A stretch of 64,000 nucleotides of DNA, from NCBI RefSeq assembly GCF_009914755.1, contig NC_060925.1; one strand, 5' to 3'. How positions within the stretch are numbered: position 1 is the stretch's first letter; every line of letters starts with the position of its first letter. The stretch comes from the human T2T-CHM13v2.0 reference genome, Homo sapiens. The notes beneath the pieces were generated by a model, which saw only the letters and a program-made list of their open reading frames with translations, was not told the origin of the DNA and did not search any database. This document shows, piece after piece, positions 18,071 through 34,979 of this stretch. The translations under genes were made by a program, and so were the position numbers.

Positions 18071-18462
18071 ATAAAATAAGTTAAACAAAACCTCTGTAAT
18101 TTTTCATGAAAACTGGAAATATCAGTATGAATTGAAAATTTATTCTTCTCTTTTTTTTTGAGACAGGGTCTCACTCTATCACCCAGGCTAGGGTGCAGTG
18201 GCACAATCTCAACTCACTGCAGCCTTGACCTCCAGGCTCGGGTGATCTTCCCAAGTAGTTGGGACTATAGGCACACACCACCATGCCTGGCTAATTTTTT
18301 TGAGCTTTTTGTAGAGACAGGGTTTTGCCATGTTGCCCAGGCTAGTCTCGAACTCCTGGGCTCAAGTGATCCGCCCACCTCAGCCTCCCAGAGTGCTTAG
18401 GTTACAGGAGTGAGCCACCTCACCCAGCCATAATTTACTCTAATTAAAAAAAAAAAAAAGGA

Positions 18463-18582
18463 GGAAGGAAGGAAGGAAGGAAGGAAGGAAGGAAGGAAGG
18501 AAGGAAGGAAGGAAGGGAGGAAGGGAGGAAGGGAGAGAAAGAGGGAGGGAGGGAGGGAGAGGAGGGAGGGAAGGAAGGGAGA
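18463..18582 (+). repeat. (GGAA)13 microsatellite followed by a GA-rich tract
   Basis: 13 uninterrupted GGAA units at 18463-18514. Confidence 0.95.
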
Positions 18583-20170
18583 GAGTACTTCCTGTATCTA
18601 AATACTAAAAAACCATAGAAGTCATGACCAACCCAGCAGCAATGAGCACCCTTAACACCCTGATTGTGATCTCTAAAAACCATTTCCCACTTGAGAAAAC
18701 CAGGGCTACTTGTTCTTTTCTTTTTATATATATATTTGATGTCATTAATGTCTCAGCAACCAGGGTTCCTTAAAGAAATAGCTGATTCCAGATGCGGAGC
18801 AGGAAATGTACAAAGTGAACCTGATATCCCTTGTGCCAGAAAGAGAGTAAGTTATTGAAAACCGATGGGACAATATTCAAAAGAACACAGGAACCCATCT
18901 GAAGGGGTTCCAACTGGCCAAAGATGAGACAATTGAAACATGAAAAACAGCAACTACAATGGATTAAAACACATCACATACATAAAAATCCCTAACACTA
19001 AAAATAATAAAAGAAAGAAGAAAAATTTACTGGTCGTTTTAGTGGGTTCCTAGGACACCAACTCATTATTATAAAAACTGGCAAAACGAGGTGGGAGAGG
19101 AATTAAATTTTTATAGCCTCCACTTCTAGATTTTAAAGACAGTAAATACATGAAATAAAAGTTTTCTTTACAAAAGAATTTCAACTAATAAATGTAGGAG
19201 TGATATAATTCCAAAATCACCGTTTTGCAATCCTTATATAATGGATCTAGTCAACAATCCTCAGATGCTGCGAAAACCTTTGTGTGAAAGTTGATAAGAA
19301 CTTTATAAAGGATAGATCAAGCCAACATAATCTAAAACCACTGACCAATCCCAGCAATACTGAAAGTGAACCAACCTCATGATGGTAACTAATAGAAAGA
19401 ATACAGCACCTCTTATAAACAATGCTCACCAAAAAAAAATACCCTCTAGAACGAATGTTCAGTTTACAGGAAATTACAGGGGTTAAACCAAACCACAAAG
19501 ATGTAATCAGCCAAACAGAATGTGGGAAATTCTACAGGTTAAATAACAGTTTCTTCATCAAATAAAGGGCATGAAAAGGGTGGAGATTTAAGAGACCATT
19601 TAGAACCGTATCTTCCAACTGCAATATGAAGACTTTATTTGGGTCCTAATGTAAACGAACAAATTGCAAAGACATTTTAGAGACAGGCTAATCTGAACAT
19701 GTTCTTGCTACCAGATGCCATTAAGGAATTAATGTTAATGTTATTCATTGTGACAATGGTATGACAGTTGTACTATGAAAGGAAAGTTCAAGTGTGTCAG
19801 AGATACATACCGAAATACATATGGGTGAAATGATATCTGGAATTTGCTTTAAAATGCTACATGGTGAGGGAGAAAGGAGAGAAGAGGGGCAGCAGAGTGA
19901 AACAGATAATACCAAGATGGCAAAATATTGGCAACTGGTGATGCTAGGCCATGAATATGTAAAACATCAGTGAACTTTATTTTTGTATGTTGTAAATTTC
20001 CATAAAGTTTTAAAGCTGTATCACCAGCATGTTTGTTACCATGAAGTGTATTCGTCTCTAATCATTTATTTTTACTAGTCTCCAGAATTAACACCACTAA
20101 TTTTCCAAAAATTAGAAAATGTTATGTTTCAACTTATATATTTAGTCTAAAAATCAATTACCGTATTACA

Positions 20171-20333
20171 TTATATATATCCATATATATGAATATAACG
20201 TATATTTATATATATCCATATATATGAATATAACGTATATTTATATATATCCATATATATGAATACAATGTATATTTATATATATCCATATATATGAATA
20301 TAATGTATATTTATATATATCCATATATATGAA
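20171..20333. repeat. AT-rich 35-bp minisatellite, ~4.6 copies
   Basis: Unit TTATATATATCCATATATATGAATATAACGTATAT starting at 20171, 20206, 20241, 20276 and 20311. Confidence 0.93.
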
Positions 20334-20607
20334 AATGACTATCTGCATTATAAAGTCACTGTGCCTATCCACAGTTAAATATTTGTTTAGCAGAATTGTA
20401 TTTACATATAGCGTTTCATTCTACTTCAATTTTATTTGAGATCTTCATTTTACTTAATTAGAACTCCATATCTCTTTCATCAACACCTAATCACAGTTAA
20501 TACTACAATCAGAACAATTTAAGTTATAACTCAAGGGGCACAGAGATGGGGAACCAAACCATACTGTTAATGTTTGCCATAAAAGCTGGCTTCAATCCAT
20601 GCACAGA

Positions 20608-20693
20608 GGCATTTCATTCATTAAAAACTGCAGTCTCAGCCCAGCACAGTGGCATTTCATTCATTAAAAACTGCAGTCTCAGCCCAGCACAGT
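20608..20693. repeat. 43-bp perfect tandem duplication at the 5' junction of an Alu monomer
   Basis: GGCATTTCATTCATTAAAAACTGCAGTCTCAGCCCAGCACAGT occurs twice in tandem. Confidence 0.93.
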
Positions 20694-20914
20694 GGCATAC
20701 ACCTGTAATCCTCCTGTAAAGCTACTCGGGAGGCAGAGGCAAGAGGATGGCTTGAACCCAGGAGTTCCAAGCCAGCCTAGACAACAAAGTGAGATGCCAC
20801 GTCAAAAAAAAAGCAGTCTTACTGTAAGTCTCTCATTATACTTTCTAGAGCCACCTTAAAGTGTGACCCTAATACAAGTTCATGTACATAAGAAGCTTTT
20901 TGGTGTTTTCCTAA

Positions 20915-21167
<253 letters not shown>

Positions 21168-21834
21168 TAGTACTCAGATTAAAGGCGTGAGCCACTGTGC
21201 CTGGCCTAAACTGTGTTTTTGAAATTATCTGAAGGTTTAATACCTGAAGAAATAATAAACGCTCAGAGTTCAGCCTAGTCAAAAATTAACACCAGCCTCT
21301 AATACATCAGAGAGTTATTTACTCATAGAAACAAATGCTTCTTGCCTATCAGTGTTTAATGGTATCATTTGAGATCTGAATCCTGGCACTGGTTTTTAAA
21401 AGCGGAGCAGTTCTCTGGAAAAGAACTCTGGATTATGAGTTAGGAGATCCAAGTTAGGGGGTTGGTCTATGCCAGAGTTTGAACTCATAATTCTTGTTCA
21501 TTGGTGGTTAGCTGCTTGAAGCAGTAGTACTATCTTGCAAAGGATTCTAAAGCTTCATTTAGGAGCAACCAATTTTTAAACGTATGATGCAAAAAATATA
21601 GAACTAAAAAAGAGTGTAGCTTCCTGGGTATCTTTTTATTGTCACAGAAGTAATTTAAGTATTTAGTCCTGTTCTTAAATATCCAAATGGGTTCCTGAAA
21701 CACTGTCCCTCTACCCACATGTTACTCTACCCTCGCTCCCCCATAAAAGAAACCCAGAAAAACTACTGGTGGGGAGAGGTACTTCCATTTGCTTTTTCAT
21801 TCTATCCAGCAACCAATAAGCGGTGTGACTGTCA

Positions 21835-24358
<2,524 letters not shown>

Positions 24359-24641
24359 AAACAATACACGTTAGCACTTGAACACCTGCCCACTGCTTCT
24401 CCTTTCTCTTATTTGTCATTACTAATAACTGCTGTGGGTCACTTAGTAGAGGCCATGCTAAATGCTTTACATGGATTACCTCATTCAATCCTTCCAAAGT
24501 AGGAGGTACATTTTATCATTGTCCTCATTTCAGACAAGATTAAAATTTAAGCATCACAGAAGGTTACATTACTTGCCTAACATCACAAGGCAGTAAGTAA
24601 TAGTGCCAGGATTAGAATTCAGTTTGAGAGTTTATATTCTT

Positions 24642-24938
24642 CTTTTTTTCTTTTTTTTGAGACGGAGTCTCGCTCTGTCGCCTAGGCTGGAGTGCAGTGG
24701 CGCGATCGGCTCAATGCAAGCTCCGCCTCCCGGGTTCACGCCATTCTCCTGCCTCAGCCTCTCGACTAGCTGGGACTACAGGCGCCCGCCACCACACCCG
24801 GCTAATTTTTTGTATTTTTAGTAGAGACAGGGTTTCACCGTGTTAGCCACGATGGTCTCAATCTCCTGACCTTGTGATCCGCCTGCCTCGGCCTCCCAGA
24901 GTGCTAGGATTACAGGCCTGAGCCACCACACCCGGCCA
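24642..24938 (-). mobile_element. AluY inserted in a MIR-like relic
   Basis: AluY diagnostics; TSD GAGAGTTTATATTCTT on both sides. Confidence 0.88.
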
Positions 24939-25753
24939 GAGAGTTTATATTCTTAACCAATGACGCTGTACTATCTTCCACCCAAAATTTGTATTCCTGA
25001 ATTTTATGTTATCTAAAGACACTGCCCCCAAAACAAATATTTTCCAGTGGTTCTAAAAGCCAGTCCTTTTTTAAATTAAAAACTAGAGGTGGGGGAAAAA
25101 AAAAAAAGCAAAGCAAAAAACAAAGCCTACACAACTTGACTCCAAGAACGAAGATTAGGCTGGACACAGTAGCTCACTCCTGTAATCCAGCACTTTGAGG
25201 GGCCAAGGCAAGAAGATCATTTGAGGCCAGAAGTTCGAGACCAGCCTTGGCAACATAGTGAGATCCCATCTCTAAAAAAAACGAGAAACAGCCAGGCATG
25301 GTGGCACATGTCTGTAATGCCAGCTATTTAATACTTGGGACACTAAAGTGGGAGGATCACTTGAGCCCAGGGGTTCAAGGCTGCAGTGAGCTATGATCAT
25401 GCCATTGCACTGCAGCCTGCAGAACACAGCGAGACCCTGTCTAAAATACAATAAAATGTAAAAAGAACAAAGATTAACCAAAGCTATATGAATCTGACTT
25501 CCAAAAATTAGGTGCACAGGTAATAAGCACTCTTTTATCATAATGCAATGCACACTAGCTATACTACATATTCTAAATTATTAGAAATTGGTTATTTGGA
25601 GACATTTAGTAAAGTGGTTCATCCCTAACTCTACAATATATTACAGGTATTATTTTTTTGGCACATATAAACCAAACATGAGTATTTTACATGCATCATC
25701 ATATTTAATAACAAAGCAAGCAATGAAGTAAATGTTATTAGCCACATTTCTCA

Positions 25754-26095
<342 letters not shown>

Positions 26096-26654
26096 TTAAC
26101 TTCAAAAAATACCATCTGAGCACATACAAAACAATCTTGTGTGATTTAAAAGTGCAATTACTCAAGGTCCCTTTTCATTATCTTCTATAGCAATCCTTTA
26201 GAAAATCATGTTAAACAGAAAAGCTGCCTACTTAAAAAGTGAACTGTATCTTAGAGATTAAGACAGATTCAAATCATAAAACAAATTAAGAGTTAAGGGG
26301 CACTCATCTGTTTTTCCACCATTGTGCTATAAATCATCACCATCCTCATCATGCAAAGGTCTGGAAAGGCTGAATTCTAAAACAAACATCTGCCTTTAGA
26401 AGAGTCAGGCACTCAAATTGGAGTTTATCAAACCCAGTGGTTACCTTGGAGACTACCCATCACCACAAGCATATACCTAGCAGATAAGATCAAGCAGAAA
26501 GCATCTGCTAATTAAGTGTATTCTATGCATGGCCTGTCTGTATTAGTACGTAATTTCCATCTTCATAAAATTCCTTTGTGGTAAATAGTAAATACTAATC
26601 TCATTTTATAGCGAGGCCTAAGAAGCTAAATCATTTTGCCACACTAAGGAAACT

Positions 26655-27052
26655 CTGGTAGGCAGAATGCACTCCCCCTCCCCACAAAATGACCACATCC
26701 GAATCTCCAAAACATGTGAAAATGTTATCTATCAAGGGGAAATTTAAAGCTGACATGGAATCAGAGTTGCTAATTAGTTGACCTTGAAAGGGGGAGATTA
26801 GCTTGTATTATCTGGGTGAGCCCTATTTAATATAAACACAAGGATACTTATAAGTGAAAGAGGGAGGCAGGAGAGATAGTGTCAGAGACAGATTTGAAGA
26901 CACCAGGCTGCTGGCTTTGAAAATAGGAGAGACCAGAGGCAAAGGAGGAAATACAGCCTCTAGAAGCTGGAAAAGAGGCAAGGAAACCAATTCTCCCCTA
27001 GAGCCTGAAGAAGAAATGCCCAGTGAGACCCACGTCAGACCTCTGACTTCCG
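26655..27052 (+). mobile_element. MLT1D/E-like MaLR LTR
   Basis: TGGTAGGCAGAAT.., GTTGCTAATTAGTTGACCTT and GCCTCTAGAAGCTGGAAAAGAGGCAAGGAAACCAATTCTCCCCTAGAGCC. Confidence 0.8.
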
Positions 27053-28031
27053 GATTTGTTCAAAACTCCTCCCTCTCGATACACACATAAAAACACACAT
27101 ACACTTACAACTAACAACTCACACAGTATTTGGCACTTCTAAATGTTCTGTGTACTAAGAAAACTAGATATCCAAGTAAAGATATATATTAAAGAGGCAG
27201 AAACAGCATTAATATTAGTAGGAGCTCTGGTTTGAAGTAGTTTAGGTTTAAATCCTCACTATGCCACTTACTAGTGGCATGACCTTAGTTAGGTAAATTA
27301 TATAATCTCTCTCGGCCTTGAGTTTTTCATCTGTAAAATAAGAATATATCTATGTACCTCTCAGGGTATTTTGAGAATTAAAATTTTAAATGGGCCAGGC
27401 ACGGGGACTCACGCCTATAATCCCAGCACTTTAGGAGGCAGAGGCAGGGGGATCACTTGAACCGGGGAGTTCAAGATCAGCCTAGGCAACATAGTGAGAC
27501 CCTGTCTCTATGAAAAAAGTTAAAAATTCGCCAGGCATGGTGGTGGACACCTGTACTCCCAGCTACTCAGGAGGCTAAGGTGGGAGGATCACCTGGGCCC
27601 AAGAGGTCAAGGTTACAGTCAGCCATGATCACGCTACTATATTCCTGCCCAGGCAACAGAGCAAGAAACTCTGTCTTCAAATAAGAAAAAACTACATATA
27701 ATGTAAGAAAAGACTGACATATATTAAGCACTGAATAAGCAGTGGCAAAATTATCATATGATAATAACAAAAACAATAATAATTACAGCATAAAGAACAT
27801 GATGACCAGGAAAGAGGCTGGTGTGATAAATATTTTAATGCTATTTCAGAACAAGACAAGACTGATGACAGTTAGTTTGAGATAAATGGGATGTTACTTT
27901 AGCAATAAAGACAAATTTAGAAATTACATGCCTACTAAAAAATAAGATTGTGCTGGCTGGGCACGGTGGCTCACTTTGGGAGGCTGAGACAGGCAGATCA
28001 CAAGGTCAGAAGATCGAGACCATCCTGGCTA

Positions 28032-28265
<234 letters not shown>

Positions 28266-28389
28266 TTAACTACTATTTATTATTACAGATTTATAATATA
28301 TCATGTCAAAGCATCTGCTTAACATTCCAAATGTGAATATATAATTTTAGGGCTCTGTATGATCCCTTAAATAAAATCTCTTTTTTTAA

Positions 28390-29011
<622 letters not shown>

Positions 29012-30151
29012 TTAGCTGAATGTGGTGGCGCAAGCCTGTATTCCCAGCTACTCAAGAGACTGAGATGGGAAGATCCCTTGAATCCAGGAGTTCACGGCTA
29101 CAGTGAATTATGATCACACCGCTAAATTCCAGTCTAAGTGACAGAGCTAGGCCCTGTCTCTTTACAAAAAAAGAAAAAGGAAAAAGAAAAGAAAAAAAGA
29201 AAATGTTTCAAATGGCCAAAGGAAACTTGCAATTTAAGAGAAGGTTGACTGTTCTAAAGATTCTTCAGCCAAAGAAAAAGAGAGAGAGAAAAAGAGAGAC
29301 AAACCACCCAGATTGTAAAACTTTTCTGAGCTAGATCATATTCTGTGTCATCACTTGGCAGAAGAGATAGGTTCTGAACTCAAGGGCTCAAATGACCTTT
29401 CAAAGTCTCTTCAGGCTATATGGGCCACAGTGTTTCAACGCAAAATTACTTGTGGCAATATAACCAGAGGATTCATTTTTCTCCTACTTTAAAATATTAA
29501 CTCTTCAAAGCTTTGTACAAAGCCTCTAATTTTCTAATTTATAATACTAATTTTCCTTTCTTTTAGAGATAGAGTCTCGCTCTGTCGCCCAGGCTGGAAT
29601 CTAGTGGTGCAATCAAGGCTCACTGCAGCCTTGAGCTCCTGGGCTCAAGCTCCTCCTGTCTCAGCCTCCCAAGTAGCTGGAATTACAGGCACAAGCCACC
29701 TGTCCAGCTTGACACTAATTTTCAAGCTAGCAAAGTTCTCCCAGAAGAACTAAGTCCACTGTCGTTCATTTTTATGTTTTTTCATATGATTTCTTCTAAT
29801 TTTTTTTTTTTTTTTTTTTTTGGAGGGGGACAGAGTCTTGCATCTTGCTCTGTCGCCCAGGCTAGAGTGCAGTGACCTGATCTCAGCTCACTGCAACCTC
29901 CGCCTCCCAGGTTCAGGCACTTCTCCTGTCTCAGCGCCTGAGTAGCTGGGACCAGAAGCACATGCTACCATGCACAGCTAATTTTTGTATTGTATTTTTA
30001 GTAGAGACAGGGTTTCGCTGTGTTGGCCAGGCTGGTCATGAACTCCTCCTGACTTCAAGTGATTCGCCCACCTTGGCCTCCCAAAGTGCTGGGATTACAG
30101 GCATGAGCCACCGCTCCCAGCCTGATTTTTTCTAATTTTTAAGAAACAGGG

Positions 30152-31907
30152 GCTCCCCCTCCCCCTCCCCCTCCCTCTCCCTATCCCTCTCCCCACGGTC
30201 TCCCTCTCCCTCTCTTTCCACGGTCTCCCTCTGATGCCGAGCCGAAGCTGGACTGTACTGCTGCCATCTCAGCTCACTGCAACCTCCCTGCCTGATTCTC
30301 CTGCCTCAGCCTGCCGAGTGCCCGCGATTGCAGGTGCGCGCTGCCACGCCTGACTGGTTTTTGTATTTTTTTGGTGGAGACGGGGCTTCGCTGTGTTGGC
30401 CGGGCTGGTCTCCAGCTCCTAACCGCGAGTGATCCGCCAGCCTCAGCCTCCCGAGGTGCCGGGATTGCAGACGGAGTCTGGTTCACTCAGTGCTCAATGG
30501 TGCCCAGGCTGGAGTGCAGTGGCGTGATCTCGGCTCGCTACAACCTCCACCTCCCAGCCACCTGCCTTGGCCTCCCAAAGTGCCGAGAGTGCAGCCTCTG
30601 CCCGGCTGCCACCCCATCTGGGAAGTGAGGAGCGTCTCTGCCTGGCCGCCCATCGTCTGGGACGTGAGGAGCCCCTCTGCCTGGCTGCCCAGTCTGGAAA
30701 GTGACGAGCGTCTCTGCCCGGCCGCCATCCCATCTAGGAAGTGAGGAGCGCCTCTTCCCGGCCGCCATCCCATCTAGGAAGTGAGGAGCGTCTCTGCCCG
30801 GCCGCCCATTGTCTGAGATGTGGGGAGCACCTCTGCCCCGCCGCCCCGTCTGGGATGTGAGGAGCGCCTCTGCCCGGCCGTGACCCCGTCTGGGAGGTGA
30901 GGAGCGTCTCTGCCCGGCCGCCCCGTCTGAGAAGTGGGGAGACCCTCCACCTGGCAACCGCCCCATCTGAGAAGTGAGGAGCCCCTCCGCCCGGCAGCCG
31001 CCCCATCTGAGAAGTGAGGAGCCCCTCCGCCCGGCAGCCGCCCCATCTGAGAAGTGAGGAGCCCCTCCGCCCGGCAACCACCCCGTCTGGGAAGTGAGGA
31101 GCGTCTCTGCCCGGCAGCCACCCGTCCGGGAGGGAGGTGGGGGGGTCAGCCCCCCGCCCGGCCAGCCGCCCCATCCGGGAGGTAAGGGGCGCCTCTGCCC
31201 GGCCGCCCCTACTGGAAAGTGAGGAGCCCCTCTGCCCGGCCAGCCGCCCCGTCCGGGAGGGAGGTGGGGGGGTCAGCCCCCCGCCCGGTCAGCCGCCCCG
31301 TCCGGGAGGTGAGGGGCGCCTCTGCCCGGCCACCCCTACTGGGAAGTGAGGAGCCCCTCTGCCCGGCCGCCACCCCGTCTGGGAGGTGTACCCAACAGCT
31401 CATTGAGAACGGGCCATGATGACAATGGCGGTTTTGTGGAATAGAAAGGGGGGAAAGGTGGGGAAAAGATTGAGAAATCAGATGGTTGCCGTGTCTGTGT
31501 AGAAAGAAGTAGACATGGGAGACTTTTCCTTTTGTTCTGTACTAAGAAAAATTCTTCGGCCTTGGGATCCTGTTGATCTGTGACCTTACTTACCCCCAAC
31601 CCTGTGCTCTCTGAAACATGTGCTGTGTCCACTCAGGGTTAAATGGATTAAGGGAGGTGCAAGATGTGCTTTGTTAAACAGATGCTTGAAGGCAGCATGC
31701 TCCTTAAGAGTCATCACCACTCCCTAATCTCAAGTACCCAGGGACACAAACACTGCGGAAGGCCACAGGGTCCTCTGCCTAGGAAAACCAGAGACCTTTG
31801 TTCACTTGTTTATCTGCTGACCTTCCCTCCACTATTGTCCTATGACCCTGCCAAATCCCCCTCTGTGAGAAACACCCAAGAATGATCAATAAAAAAAAAT
31901 AAAAAAA
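30152..31907 (+). mobile_element. Full-length SVA retrotransposon (~1.75 kb), antisense to ARID4B
   Basis: Contains CCCTCT-type hexamer head, antisense Alu-like region, GC-rich VNTR (~30600-31390), SINE-R, AATAAA and poly(A). TSD AAGAAACAGGG at 30141-30151 and 31908-31918, at a TTTT/AA L1 endonuclease site. Confidence 0.97.
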
Positions 31908-32908
31908 AAGAAACAGGGAAATTTACATAAAAATGTTTCATACCATGATACAAGTAAATTCTAAATTTAAAACTTTTTCAACAAAGTAAGTAGGCAAAAG
32001 GTTTGTAAACTACACTTACTATTCAATAAAGCCATCAAAAAGTCACTAAATGGCAACAACTTTATTATTTATTTATAATAACTAGTAGAGAGGCAGCATG
32101 GTTCAGTTTACTAACAAAAGAACAGGCTCTGTGATCAGTTTAATGTGTGCCTGTGGGCAAATCACTCAACATCTTTACACCTGCTTCTTCGACCATAAAA
32201 AGGGAAAAATGTTGCTGACCTGCCTCAAAGGGATGTTATTAGATATAACTAATGATTATGGAACTTTAAAAACGTAATGTGCCATATAACTGTACGGTTA
32301 AAGAATTCCTTATAAACTATATATTCTGACTTTGAGCATATGCTGGGGACACTTCCTATAGAGATCCATTCCAAAATTAACGTGTTTTTGATTTTGTTTT
32401 TAAAACGGGGTCTTGCTCTGTCACCTAGGCTGGAGTACAGTGGCTGCAATCACAGCTCCACTGCAGACTTGACATCCTGGGTTCAAGCAATCCTCCCAGC
32501 CTCAACTTCCTGAGTAGCTGGAAATACAGTCACAGGCCACCACTCCTGGCTATTTTAAAACTTTTTTGTAGAAGCAGGGTTTTGCCACATTGTCCATGCT
32601 GGTCTCAAACTCCTGGGTTCAAGTAATCCACCCATATCAGCCTACCAAACTGCTGGGATTACAGGTATAAGCCACCGCACCCGGCCCCCAAAATTAACCT
32701 GTCTAATCAATGCTAACAGGGATCCCAAAGAACAGCATAAGCTTTTTTAGAACCAGCCATATAGCACAGGGATGCTCCCTCACTAATCCTCATAGATTAC
32801 CTTTTAGTAACAATGTCATGCAATGATATTTAACAGTTGGTGGCTGCAATAATTCACAGGGCAAGAGTTCAAGACCAGCCTAGGCAACATAGTGAGACCC
32901 CATCTCTA

Positions 32909-33551
<643 letters not shown>

Positions 33552-34760
33552 CTACATACCTGCAAAACTTAAAGAAACATACCGGTGCCCTATATAAATT
33601 ATTTGGTTGTAGAAAAAATAACATGTTGAATGCAAATAAAATCTTACTAAAGCCATCAAGAAGAATGACACAGACTTGTGTAATATGTACTGATATAGAA
33701 GAATGTAAAAGAAAATTATGGGCCAGGCATGGTGGCTCACGTCTGTAATCCCAGCACTTTGGGAGGCCGAGGCAGGCAAATCACGAGCTCAAGAGATCAA
33801 GACCAGCCTGGCCAACATGGTGAAACCCTGTCTACTAAAAATACAAAAATTAGCTGGGCGTGGTGGCGCGCACCTGTAGTTCCAGCTACTCAGGAGGCTG
33901 AGGCAGGAGAACTGCTTGAACCCGGGAGGCAGAGGTTGCAGTTAGCCAAGATCGTGCCACCACACTCTAGTCTGGTGACAGAGCGACAGTCCGTCTCAAA
34001 GAAAAGAAAAGAAAAGAAAATTACGAACAATATGCATAGCATAAGCCCATTTCAATACAGTCAAACATAACAAAATAAATACTCATGTTTGATTCATATG
34101 TGCAAAGAAAAAGGTGTGGAAGAATACACCCAAAAACTGTTGAATCAAGTTACCAGGAAGTAAGACTTCTACTGTCCACTGAATACTACTATGTAATTTT
34201 TAATGTTTACAGAAAATCTTTATTGCTTTCATAATAAAAATTTCTTTAATTTTGCTAGAAGAACTAGTTTAGAAAAATATTTCTCCAAGTTAGAGCAAAG
34301 CACGAATAGGTGACTTACTAAATGCCAAAAGCTCTCTGGCTTGCCTTTAAAAAAAACAACAACACTTTAGCAAAGAATATTCAGATTAAAAAAAACAGAA
34401 ATGGGGCTGGGCGTGGTGGCTCCCACCTGTAATCCTAGCACTTTGAGAAGCCAAGGCAGGCGATCACCTGAGCTCGGGAGTTTGAGACCACCCTAGGTAA
34501 CATTACAAAACCCCATCTCTACTAAAATACAAAAAATTAGCCGAGCATGGTGGCGCATGCCTGTAGTCCTAGCTACTCAGGAGGCTGAGGCACAAGAATC
34601 GTTTGAACCTAGGAGGCGGAGGTTGCACTGAGCCAAGATTGCACCACTGCACTCCAGCCTGGGATGCACAGCAAGATTCTGCTTCAAGAAAAAGAAAAGA
34701 AAAGAAAAGAAAAGGGTTCTTTGATGAGGTATCCTTATCAAGATAAAACTGAAAATGTGA

Positions 34761-34979
<219 letters not shown>

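Noticed and set aside
30274-31885. Overlapping 64-179 aa ORFs on both strands
   Set aside because: They are reading frames through the SVA Alu-like region, VNTR and SINE-R.
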